Of a stretch of DNA of 64,000 nucleotides, positions 27,880 through 40,068 are shown one piece after another. Source of the stretch: Octopus vulgaris (Eukaryota); contig OX597815.1 in NCBI GenBank assembly GCA_951406725.2, forward strand, positions 68,014,001 through 68,078,000. Direction: 5' to 3'. Positions within the stretch are counted from its first letter, which is position 1; each line of letters begins with the position of its first letter. Under the pieces are notes generated by a model, which saw nothing but the letters and a program-made list of their open reading frames with translations, searched no databases and was not told the origin of the DNA. Position numbers and translations under genes: made by a program.

Positions 27880-29328
27880 CACACCATAAAAAGCCACGTA
27901 ATTTACACACTTTTTTTTTCGCAAAAATAAAAATAAACTTTAGCAGGTGCATAAATTACATGAGTAGATCATTTCCAGAATTTTTTTTTTAATTGTTTTT
28001 GTTGAAAAAAAACATACAAAACATTAAAATTCATACCGGAAGTTGACTCATTTAATGTCAGAATAGGCTTTTACAGAAAAAAATAATGGCTTAAATTCGC
28101 ATAATAAAGTTGACTTTATTTTTACTGGACAGTATAATGCTTACTTTTTCTGCATAAATTTACTAAAACCATTAAATGGTTAGCTAGTTTTTGAAGTCTG
28201 GAGTTCATGCTGGTAATCACAGTCTGGTCATATTTTACATTGCTTGGAGTTTCTACTTATTCCAGTGGAGCACATATTTAATTTCTCCTTCGCAGCAAAC
28301 GATTCATAAGTTCTGTCCATACTGACAATAACGGTAATGAAAATTTTAAGGTTTGCTTGACATTTTATAAGTGTGAAAAGGATTAAAATTTCAAGACTCC
28401 GTATCACAGGTTTGGACAAAAATAGGCAGAAAAGATTTCTGTTTACATAATCAGTTTGATCAGTCACCTTCCCCTGTTGGTTGAGTAAAGTGTCATCCAA
28501 GCTGATGTTTATTGGTAATTAAACTTAATTTGTGAGTATTTATCAGCTTTGTTTTTGTTGGTAATTCTTAACAACTTTTCCTGTGATCATGATTTCAGAA
28601 GACATACAACGGTATGCTAAAGATCGGACATAATCTCTTGTGGGAAAGAAATGTAAAATAGAATTTATTATAAACATCACAAACACTTTGTAATTTAATA
28701 CCTTTTAATGTGATACCTGTTAAACAGAAATTATTTTTATTTAAAGGAAATTTAATAAAATCTAGGAGTGGCTGTGTGGTAAGTAGCTTGCTTACCAACC
28801 AATGGTTACGGGTTCAGTCCCACTTGGGCAAGTGTTTTCTACTATAGCCTCAGGCCGACCAGAGCCTAGTGAGTAGATATGGTAGACAGAAACTGAAAGA
28901 AGCCAGTCGTATATACATACATACATACATACATACATGTGTGTGTGTGTGTGTGTGCCTGTGTTTGTCACCCCCACCAACATCGTTTGACAACCGATGC
29001 TGGTGTGTTTACATCCCCGTAACTTAGCAGTTCGGCAAAAGAGACCAATAGAATAAGTACTAGGCTTACAGAGAATAAGTCCTGGGGTTGATTTGTTCGA
29101 CTAAAGGCGGTGCTCCAGCATGGCTGCAGTCAAATGACTGAAACAAGTATAAGTGAAATTATGCTAAATACAACTAAATTGGAAACCTTTTTCCCCTGGC
29201 TATATCGGCAATTCTGAAAACTTTTAGGTGTGAATTTTACATAAGTAGAAGCTTTTTTTGTAACAAATTATATCCTGAACATCATCTGCGTAAATTACAC
29301 AGGTGCACAAATTACATGGGTTTTTACA

Positions 29329-29330
<2 letters not shown>
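27880..29330. mobile_element. Non-autonomous DNA transposon (Tc1/pogo-like ends) with a nested SINE; related fragment at about 58700-58980
   Basis: Imperfect TIRs caccataaaaagccacgtaatttacac / gcacaaattacatgggtttttacagta; 28000-28270 similar to 58760-58980. Confidence 0.55.
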
Positions 29331-29380
<50 letters not shown>

Positions 29381-29590
29381 CTGCCAGTACCACCTGACTG
29401 GCCCTCATGCTGGTGGCACATAAAAGCACCCACTACACTCTTGGAGTGGTTGGCATTAGGAAGGACATCCAGCTGTAGAAACTTTGCCAGATCAGATTGG
29501 AGCTTGGTGCAACCTTCTGGCTTGCCAGCCCTCAGTCAAACCGTCCAACCCATGCCAGCATGGAAAGTGGACATTAAATGACGACGATGA

Positions 29591-29639
<49 letters not shown>

Positions 29640-29889
29640 GTAGAAGTAAGGCGGTGAGCTGGCATTATCAGCATTTCGCCTGTCTTCACGTTCTGAGTTC
29701 AACTTCCACAAAGGTCAACTTTGCCTTTCATCCTTCCAGTATTGATAAAATAAATACCAGTCGAGTACTGGGGTAGAGATAATCAACTTTCCCCAAAATT
29801 GCTGGCCTTGTGCCAAAATTTGAAACCAATATTTAGCAGAAGTAACAAAGTGACTCAAGGTCTGAGAGTTTCATGCACTGGCACATACA

Positions 29890-30340
29890 TACAGGGTGTG
29901 GTGAATAAACTGTCGTCTAAATTACACAAAAATGAAAATAACACTGACATCTCATTTTAACATACATTTACTATAAATTACATAAAAATATCTTGTAATA
30001 CTGAAGACTATATTGTTCAATAAAATTGCCTTTGGCTTCAACTACTACCTCCAAATAATTTCGGAATCTCCTGCAACTCTTCTGGACGGTCTCCTTGTTT
30101 AAGTTGGTGAATGCTGCCATAATCCTTGCCTTCAGTTCATCTTTGGTGTTACAAGGAGGTTGCAGTCTGGGGAGTTAGGTGGCTAGATGTTAGAGGTGAT
30201 GTGGTCACAGAAATTGTCTGACTGCCATGACTGGGTTCTCCTGCTTGTGTGGCATGGTACAGAGTCCTGTTGCCAGACAAGCGTCTTCCAGAGCCATCCT
30301 CTTGATACAGGGCAGCACTACTTCCGCCAATTACTTGACC
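29890..30340 (-). mobile_element. Tc1/mariner-superfamily transposase 3' fragment
   Basis: Minus strand WQQDSVPCHTSRRTQSW...PPNSPDCN...NTKDELKARIMAAF...VVEAKGNFIE; end tacagggtgt. Confidence 0.78.
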
Positions 30341-33300
30341 ATGTGGCAGACTGAACTGACATGAAGATGGATGCGATCAACCATCTTGGAGGTGTCAGTG
30401 TTGATGGAAACATGGTTCTGAGCCAGAAGGAAAGGGCTGTGACGTCATTGGTCAAGGGACATGACCAGAACAGTAAGGGGTGAGAGAGGAAGTGAGGGAA
30501 AGAAGACCAGGGTCATCCTCTTTTGCCGTGGATGCTCACGACAAACAGACATGAGGCAGGCGAGCTGATAGAGACATGCTCAAGAACATGTTCCTATCAG
30601 TGTCATGCTATAGTGTCATACTATAGCCTGGTTCAGGAATCGACCTCACCTCATGATTGTGAGCCCAACACTAAACACATGTGCTTTCACTACCACACCG
30701 TCATATGTGTGTGTGTGTGTGCACATGCACCCACACACATACACACATTTATATATGAGGTGCAGTAGCAGTGGTTTTAAAAATTTAATAAAAAGCTGCA
30801 AGTATATGAGTTAATTATTAACTGCAATATTTAGGTTATGTCACATGATAAAGCTACATGACACATTTCATTTCAGTCTGATTGACTAAAAAAAACAGAT
30901 ACCACATTTCAGACAGGTTGCAATCTTATTATTCCATACATTTGCCTCTCTAGAGTTTCTGGAGATTTCTGAAGAAAATACTGAATGCAACCACTTTCTT
31001 CCAAATTAGAAGCAAAATAGCCAATAATATATGGCATAGGGCTTTCAAATCAAATCTGAAATGGGAAGTTTTCTGTATCTATGGACAATATATTTAATCT
31101 TATATAATCCTAACTTATTCATTCTACTACTCATTTAGTTTTCAGAAATAGGCACTAGAACATCTGATAATATCCCAAAAGATTGGTATCAGAGAAAATC
31201 TACTTGGAACTGGAGCGAAGTGCCAAAGCTTAATACTTTCGATACCAACCCACCTGAGACCACACTTGGTTCTATGCTACAAACTTTCTGTTTTAACACT
31301 TCTGTTACCTTTGTTATTTCTGCCTTTGTTTCAATTAATTTTGAAAGTAATGAAGAATTTAGTAAAAATATCTTTGTCATTATGAAGCTGGTGTTTGGAA
31401 CATAATCTAACATGAAGTTTGTACCATAAAAACAATGGTGGTTTCAGGCAGGTTGGTATCAAAAGGGTTAAAGTGTTCTAAATTAAAACCTAATATCAAA
31501 ACAGTTTAATAATGACAAAGTTATTTTACTAAATTCATTACTTTCAGAATTAACTGCAAGACAGTATTTCAACAGATATATAGTAACAAAAGGGTTACAA
31601 AGAAACCACAAGATTTTAAAGATTTACAAAAGTAAACTATACATATTCTTCATTCAAGCATGCTAAAAATTCCATAGAAATTTTATAAGTAGAGATGCTA
31701 CAGATTAAGATGTTAGATGACTGCAGGGTGCTGCCATTAAATAAAATTGTTGAAAAACACTGCATTAAATCAGTAGTGATGAAAGTGCAAGGTGTTCTCT
31801 GAATAAAATGTGTGAAAGCAAGTTTTGTTTCATTATTAGTTGGTTATTTTTGGCCTAAGGCTAAACAATACAATGTATTTATATAATATGACAATTGCTG
31901 GTTTATAAGTGAAACTAATTAAAGACAACTAACTTCTTAAAATATTCCTGCAAATCAAAATCTGAAGTGTTCAAAGAAAATATTCATTCATGCCAAAAGG
32001 AAACTTGAAGTAAAGACGAACTACATCATTATCAATATCATAACCATGATCATCATCACTAATACTACTACCACTCAATCACAACCACCACCACCATCCC
32101 CACCAGCATCAATGGTAGTAACTTGCATATTTTTTTAATCCACTATGCTACCAAATAATCACACACACTTACAAACACTATATGCACACAAGCATGCATT
32201 CTGCACACACTGACACACACAAGCATGCATGTAAACGTTTTTCACACACACAAGTTATTTTCTTTATATTTTATTCTTTTCAACTGAGGTTTTCTTTCAA
32301 CTTTTTAAGTACATTTTTCTTTTCCTCTCATTAAACAAACGAACTACAAAGAGGCGGCAGATGTAGAGTGCTACATAACAAAGAGGTAATTTTGGTTTTA
32401 TTTTTAACAAAACTAAAAGAATGACTACCAATTTGATAACTGACAGTGGAACATTGGTAAAGTGGCTGAGTAATCAGAATTCTGAACAAAGTTCAGGGTT
32501 CAAATCTGTTGGAAGCATTTTAATCACCAACACTATCATTATCATTTAATGTTTGTATTCTGGTAACATGTAAGAGGCAATCATGCTGGTAACATGTAAA
32601 AGCATCCATGCCAGTGACACGTGAAAGGCACCCGAGTCAGTGACACATAAGAAGCACCCAGTACACTTTATGGAGTGGCTGGCATTAGGAAAGGCATCTA
32701 GCAGTAGAAACTAAACCCAAACAGACTGGAGCCTGATGCATATCTCTGGCTTACCAGTTCCAGTCAAACCGTCTAACCCATGCCAGCATGGAAATGCTGA
32801 TGGTGATTCCATGTTCACATGGGTTGGATGGTTCAGCAGGATCCAATGAGCCAGAGGACTGCACTGAACTCAGATATCTGCTTTGGCATGGTTACTATGG
32901 CTACATACCCTTCCTAATACCAACCATTTTATAAAGTGTACTGTGCTTATTTCATGATGTCAACACTAGTGAGTTCACCATGTAGCCTGAGTGGGGGTGC
33001 ACTACTGAGTGAGGTGGTTTTGCACAGTGTGTTGAGAAGCTAAAGTATGGTAGAGGGACAGGAGCAAGGGCCTTGCTGTAGAGGAGACACATAGCTACTC
33101 CAAAGGAATGGAGATATGGGTTTAGGATGTACATTCATGGTACAAGGTGGATAAAGAGAGGATAGGGACTGATAATTGAGGATGGTTGGGTGGGTAGGTT
33201 CACAAGACTGTGAAAGGAAAATGATTGACAGAGATGGGGATAGAATGTAGTGAATGGTGAATATGGGTGGAGGCACATTCAAGAGTGAATCTCAGTATGA

Positions 33301-33874
33301 GAGGAAAGGTAAAGGAACAGAAAAGTAAGTCAAAAAGGAAGAGGAACAACATTTAATGTCCTTGTTCCATGCAGACATGATTTTTACAGTTTAACATAAT
33401 CCAACAGATCCAAGGATTGCATCATGCCCCACCATCTTTAGCATGTTTTCTATGGCTGGATACCCTTCCTAACACTAACCACTTTACAGCATGTACTGGA
33501 TGCTTTTTTTTTTGTGCCACCTGTGCTAATGAGGTCACCATGCAGGGATGATGTGAAATGGAGGAGAGACAAGATGTGCAGTAACAGATACAGAGGTCAC
33601 AAGCAGATAGAGATCTAAGAAAATCAAATTATAAAAAGAGATTTTTTAAGGGCTGGTGTAATACAAATAATGAAAATAAATTGGCTGTTCAAATCCTGTC
33701 GAGATCAACATTGTTTTCATCCTTTGAGGGTCAATAAAATAAAATACCAGTCAAAACCAAAGATTAATTAAATATTCCCATAACATATCCAAGAAATGAA
33801 AGGAATAATAATAAAAATACTAAACTTATATCTCCATCCACTATATTCTTCAATTCAGTGCTGGTTTTAGACAC

Positions 33875-34533
33875 TAGAGTAATCCCTCAACTATTGCAGG
33901 TGTTACGTTCCAAAATCGCCACAATAGGTAAAAATCCACTAAGTAGAGGCAGAACTGTATATTTTATCATTTTATAATTTATATATATTTATTTTTTTAT
34001 TTTTATACATTTAAGCTTTTAAAAACTCTCTCCCACACTCTTAGGAGTACCCATGTCTTCTCTTTTTTTTTCATGTCGAGGAGTCTCACCTTCGATGTAC
34101 TTGGGTTCACAGCCAGAAGCCTTAGAAGGTGCAGAACGTTTGAGCAACAGCGTAGGGCTTAAATTCACAATTTTACACACAAATGCAAAACATCACACAC
34201 TTGCCTCCCAAGTTTCATTTTCAATACAGTATGTGTGATTCTTCGTTTATTCATCTACAGCACACTACGTATTTTCTTTTAATATATCTTAATTAATGTA
34301 TTATACAGTGCAGTACCATACTGTATTTTTATTTATTAATTTATTGATTTTTAGGCATGAAAATGCTTATTTTACCACAGAAATAATTCAAATCTAAACA
34401 AGTATAAATACCTATCGGCTGCAGAAACCTGCAATATACTGAGGAGTCTGCAATATAAATTTACATATATTAGCCAGAAAAATCTGTGATGTACTGAGGG
34501 CACGATAGGTGAATATGGCAAATGATTACTGTA
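33875..34533. mobile_element. Tigger/pogo-like MITE
   Basis: Degenerate inverted ends agtaatccctc.. / ..gattactgta. Confidence 0.5.
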
Positions 34534-35079
34534 ATCGCAGTAAATGAACCAAAGCATGTAAATCTGCTGCAAACTGTGTAAAGACATGCAGCTGCAACCA
34601 GATTGATACCTTCTGTCATATCTTGAATGTATTGCTTCTCTGGGTATCAACACACTAAAATTACAGCGAGAGGCCCACAAGATTATCCACCATCTTTCCA
34701 ACAACTGGCTACCTTTTTAAATTCAATATCTCTAGAACTCATAGACAAAATCAAAGCAAGAAAAAAACAGTACAGCATCCATAATTTTCAGAAATAATTT
34801 TTCAAGCTCAGAATTGTTAAAGCATGGAATAAACTACTTGTGTCAGTTGTTAGCTTTTAAGAGACAACATCCTTCAAAAATTCTATGCTCCCCAAACTTT
34901 GCTAAAACTACTTCTGACAAGCCAATGTATACTTTCCTTTTTAGGGCTCTTTTACTGTTCACTTTTCTGTCTTTTTGTTCAATTCTGTGTACTCTGCATG
35001 TACTTCTAGCTTTCATTGCTATCTTCTTTACTTAATTTATGTCTGGTTTCTATCTCCTCTTTTATACTTTTCTGAAAGT

Positions 35080-35515
35080 AACTAGCAGAATAGTTAGCAC
35101 ACTAGACAAAATGCTTAATGGCATTTCTTCTGGGTCTTACTTTCTGAGTTCAAATTCTGCCAAGATTAACTTTGCCTTTCATCATTTCAGGGTCAATGAA
35201 ACAAGTACCAGTCAAGTACTGGGATCAATGTAATTAAGCAGCCCCTCCCCTAAAATGTCAGGCCTTGTCCTTATAATAGAAAAAATTATTATTATTAAGA
35301 TGGTGACCTGGCAGAATTGTTAGCACACTGGGCAAAATGCTTAGTAGTATTTCACCCAGCCATACATTCTGAGTTCAAATTCTGCGAGGATCAACCTTGC
35401 CTTTTGTCCTTTCAAGGTCAATAAAATAAGTACGCATTGAGCACTGGGGTCAATGTAATTGACTTACCCACTCCCCAGAAACTGCTGGCCTTGTGCCAAA
35501 ATTTGAAACCATTAT
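35080..35515 (+). mobile_element. Two tandem copies of a third SINE family; others at about 29650-29830(+), 54035-54210(+), 48520-48662(-), 58005-58190(-), 44200-44420(-)
   Basis: ggcagaa..gttagcac...ttctgagttcaaattc...ctttgcctttcatc...aagtaccagt...ggccttgtgccaaaatttgaaacc. Confidence 0.8.
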
Positions 35516-35766
35516 TGCTATTTGCCCAACTAATTTGACATTTGTCCTTCCTCTATGCCCTACATGCAACACATTTTCCAATCAATCTGTATTTCATAAA
35601 CTGCAACCACCCAGAACTCACATTTTCCCTTAAGATAGTAACTGGCAGATAACTCAAGTAGAAGAGTAACTCCAAGAGATCCTGTATAAGCTCTGCATTT
35701 TGCCGTTCTTCCTTATTATAAACTGCAAAATCAGGAGTGGAAACCAGAAAGGAAACAGAAACTCAC

Positions 35767-35979
35767 CTTTTCTGTAAAAAATCATCCCTGATCGAGGACC
35801 TCTGAGGGATTTGTGTGTTGTAGTGGTAACAATATCACAATGTTCAAAAGGACTAGGGACCACACCAGCAGCCACCAAGCCACTGATGTGTGCCATATCT
35901 GCCATCAGGAGACAGTCAACAGAATTGCTGATCTTCCGAAACCTGGCATAATCAAGATGTCGGGAGTAACAGCTTACAC
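35767..35979 (-). CDS. SHMT1: SHMT coding exon 3 (213 nt), containing the PLP-binding lysine
   Basis: GVSCYSR...[20 protein letters not shown]...[22 protein letters not shown]; acceptor tttctag|, donor G|gtgagt. Confidence 0.97.
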
Positions 35980-36149
35980 CTAGAAATAACAAAACAAATG
36001 ATAGTTATATGTGTGCATGAGACTGTGTCCATTTGCACGTGTAAGTGTGCAGACATATACATGAATTTCCATGTTAGTGTATATGCATGTATATAAGTGA
36101 ATATGTATGCATGTACAAGAGCATGTGTGCAAGCCTTTGTGGGTATGGG

Positions 36150-37065
36150 TGTCAGTAAGTGAATGCGTGAGATCAAGTGAGTGAGTGAATGCGTGAGATC
36201 AGGTGAGTAAATGCATGAGATAGAGTGAGTGACTGCATGTGAGTGAGTGAGAGAATGCGTGAGAGTGGATGAGTGAATGCATGAGATTGAGTGGATGAGT
36301 GAATGCATGAGATTGAGTGGATGAGTGAATGCATGAGATTGAGTGGATGAGTGAATGCATGAGATTGAGTGGATGAGTGAATGCATGAGATTGAGTGGAT
36401 GAGTGAATGCATGAGATTGAGTGGATGAGTGAATGCATGAGATTGAGTGGATGAGTGAATGCATGAGATTGAGTGAGTGAGTGAATGCATGAGATTGAGT
36501 GAGTGAGTGAATGCATGAGATTGAGTGAGTGAGAGAATGAGTGAGATTGAGTGAGTGAGAGAATGAGTGAGATTGAGTGAGAAAATGCATGAAATCGAGT
36601 GAGTGAGAAAATGGGTGAAATCGAGTGAGTGAATATGTGAGATCAAGTGACAATGTGTGAGGTCAAGTGATTGAGTGAATGGGTGAGGTCGAGCAAGTGA
36701 GTGAATGCATGAGGCCGAGTGCGTGAGTGAACGCATGAGGTCGAGCGAGTGAGTGAATGCATGAGATCGAGTGAATGAGTGAATGATTGAGATTGAGTGA
36801 GAGAATGAGTGAGATCGAGTGAGTCTGAGAATGTGTGAGATCGAGAGAGTGAGAGAATGCGTGAGATCAAGAGAGTGAGAGAATGCGTGAGATCAAGAGA
36901 GTGAGAGAATGCGTGAGATCAAGAGAGTGAGAGAATGCGTGAGATCAAGAGAGTGAGAGAATGCGTGAGATCAAGAGAGTGAGAGAATGCGTGAGATCAA
37001 GTGAGTGAATGCATGAGAGTGAGTGAATGCATGTGAGAATTAGTGAGAGTGAATGCGTGAGAGTG
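36150..37065. repeat. 26-bp minisatellite array with two homogenised sub-arrays
   Basis: (gagtggatgagtgaatgcatgagatt)n and (gagatcaagagagtgagagaatgcgt)n. Confidence 0.95.
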
Positions 37066-37233
37066 CATCTATGTATATGTATAGTACTGCTAAACAGATT
37101 TCAAGAAATATTCTTCAAAGATTGTCTGCCCAGTTGAACCCGCAGAAATGCTAAAATGAACAGCTGGTTTTGTTCATTAATTTCTGTAAAAAAATTTTAT
37201 TTACTTGGTTTAAAGTGAAAGAGAGAGAGAGAG

Positions 37234-37440
37234 AGAGTGAAGGGGTGTGTTGTCATGTATATGTACATACATAAATATGCATACATCTTTTTTGTATGTA
37301 TGTGTGCATATGTGAGAGAGAAGGGGGTGAGTGACACTTAGACATTACTATCTGTCTCACACACATACCTACAAAAAAGATGTATGCATATGTATTTATG
37401 TATGTACGTATACATGACAACAAACCCCTTCACTCACTCA
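37234..37440. repeat. Inverted repeat with arms of about 85-90 bp
   Basis: gagtgaagggg..gttgtcatgtata..gcatacatcttttttgta / tacaaaaaagatgtatgc..tatacatgacaac..ccccttcactc. Confidence 0.85.
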
Positions 37441-37449
37441 CTCCCTCTA

Positions 37450-37803
37450 AAACTCCCATTTATAAAAAATCTCACTTGCTTAGTAAATATTTCTTTAGCG
37501 AATGAAAACTTGAAATAAAAACATGAAAATAGAGAGTGGGACCTCGCAAATGAAAACGAAAAATTTCACCTGCAATGAATTAATATTGTTTAGATAGTCG
37601 CTACGTCAATACTGGAAGCTGACATTGAAAAACCTTTTTAAAGAAGTGAATCATATATATAAAGCAATATTTATTTTTAATAAAAAAATAAAATGTATCT
37701 GAGGTCAAATTATTTATGCATCCCAAGACTGGAACCAATTCGCACGGCCGTTTTCATGTGAAAAGCGAATACACACACACACAGGTCTATTTTATATAAT
37801 AGA
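37450..37803 (-). mobile_element. Possible Helitron 5' fragment
   Basis: Minus strand begins TCTATTATATAAAA followed by (GT)n, as in the 5400 Helitron; no 3' CTAG end identified. Confidence 0.4.
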
Positions 37804-37810
37804 TATAGTG

Positions 37811-37864
<54 letters not shown>

Positions 37865-38838
37865 ATAGTAGTTCCATGTGTGTATATACACAACACTTAG
37901 AATCAATTTACAAAATAATTTCTAACTTGTACACAACAATTTATGACAAACAACTTCCACAGAAAAAGTATTGAGAATCATATCTCAAGCACTCTCACCA
38001 CCATTCCTCTAAGAAATGTTCTATGAATATGTGCTAGCACTGTCTTTCAAAATGGCTTCCTTGTCTCTTAAACAACAATTACAGATTCCCAAATCTCTTG
38101 TCAGTTTTGGATGATTTGAGAAATAATGAAAAGATTTGATATACATCATCATCGTTTAACGTCCGTTCTCCATGCTAGCATGGGTTGGACAGTTCGACCG
38201 GGGATCTGGGAAGCCAGAAGGCTGCACCAGGCTCCGGTCTTATCTGGCAATGTTTCTACAGCTGGAAGCCCTTCCTAACGCCACATGCATTATTATTTTC
38301 TATATATCAAATCTTTTCATTATTTCTCATTATCGGTGACATCATTTTCATGTCCACTTTTCCATGCTTGCATGGATCAGGCAGCATGCATCAAAGCAGG
38401 ATTATCCTTCCTGATACTAACACTTAGAGGTTTCCAAGTGATGGTAATATTTCCCCATAGTCAAACATGTTTCTATGGGGGATAGAAAACAAACTACACC
38501 ACTTATATGATAGTGAAACTCCTTTACAACTACAGCATACTGTTGACTCTTAAGTATTTAAATCAACCATTTCCGGCCCAGCAATTCTTCCTGTTTTATA
38601 TTCAAACTGGCTAGATTCAGCCTCTTAAATTTACACTACAATATCATTTTAAAAATAAACAATCACATCATTGAAATCTTAACACTAAAATACAATGCAT
38701 AAGTAATTTGAAATAATGTGAATAAATAAGCATTACACCTGAGTAATCTGAATGCTAAATGGTTAAGACAAGGGAACACGTTCACTTATAAATACATATG
38801 TCTATAAAGTGTATGTATGTACGTGTGTGTGTCTGTGT

Positions 38839-38888
<50 letters not shown>

Positions 38889-39238
38889 CAGATTTCTTTT
38901 CAGTTTCCATTTACCAAATACACTCACAAAGATTTGTTTGCCCCAAGGATATAGGAGACACTTGCCCAAGTGCCATGCAGTGGAACTGAATCCAAAGTCA
39001 TGTGGTTAGTAATCTTACATAGACTAAAACAAAAACCCAGACACACACATGATAGGCTTCCAAACAGTTTCTATTTACCAAGAACACTTCCCTAAATGTT
39101 GTGTGCAATGAGACTAAAAACAAAACCAACATGTGGTTGCAAAGCAAGCTTGTTAACCACACAGCTAAGCCAGCACTTAATAGATCTCTGCATGTGTAGT
39201 GAAACAGTTTCTGCAATATATACACACTTCATTTTGGA

Positions 39239-39319
39239 GGCTCTGATGAAGCTATAAGGTGATGCACAAGCACTCAGATCTGAGTGCACTGCACCTTATA
39301 GCAGAAACAGCTGTAAGCT
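39239..39319 (+). ncRNA. Type I hammerhead ribozyme, intact core, predicted cleavage after A39315 (GUA)
   Basis: ggcu CUGAUGA a gcuauaaggug..gcacucaga-ucugagugc..caccuuauagc a GAAA cagcug UA agcu; perfect 11-bp stem II arm; A.A at the stem II base. Confidence 0.8.
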
Positions 39320-39753
39320 GATGTAGTCAGTTACATAATTCCTGTTCCTTTGTCATTCCATAAATTTATTTTATACTCTGTACTCAACTGACACTTAATT
39401 CTGAAGCATATGTATATTGAGTTCTAATACTATGTTATTAGTACTGCTATACCAAAGCAAAATCATAATATATATATATATATATATCGGTTATAAAATG
39501 AGATAGGGGTTGAAAATTCAACCCACCATGGGATAACATATATCCAATATACTGCTAGAGAGGTACCCAAGTCCAATATGTAGAATAACTGTGTTTGTTA
39601 ATGTATATTGATATATTTTGTTTATTTTGTATTATTGTATTAATGAGTATATATATATGTGTAGTATTATGAGTGTCTATGCACACGTTTTTATATTTTA
39701 TATTTTTATATTTATATGTAAAAAAATTTTTTCACACTTATAATAAATTAAAT

Positions 39754-39864
39754 TCTCTGAAGAGGCCGTGGGACATCCTTGTTAATGTCTCATTTATACC
39801 TGCCTTATATGGCTTATAGGTTAAATGAGGCATACTTGTCCTTACGACCGAAACAGCTGTCAGA
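39754..39864 (+). ncRNA. Type I hammerhead ribozyme, intact core, predicted cleavage after C39861 (GUC)
   Basis: ucu CUGAAGA ggccgugggaca..augucucauuua..uaaaugaggcau..uguccuuacgacc GAAA cagcug UC aga; long nested stem II. Confidence 0.85.
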
Positions 39865-40031
39865 TATGATATAATTATATATTATATTTCTATTTCCTTG
39901 TCTAATTATATTTACAATATATTTTGTATAATGCCTTTGCTGTTATGTAATGGTGTAATAAAGTATTGATTGGGTATCATCTGATGGTTGATGTTTGATT
40001 GATTTAAGTATGTTTCTCCATTTTCTAATTT

Positions 40032-40068
<37 letters not shown>

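Noticed and set aside
35952-36870. His/Ser/Leu-rich repetitive ORFs
   Set aside because: Translations of the 26-bp minisatellite
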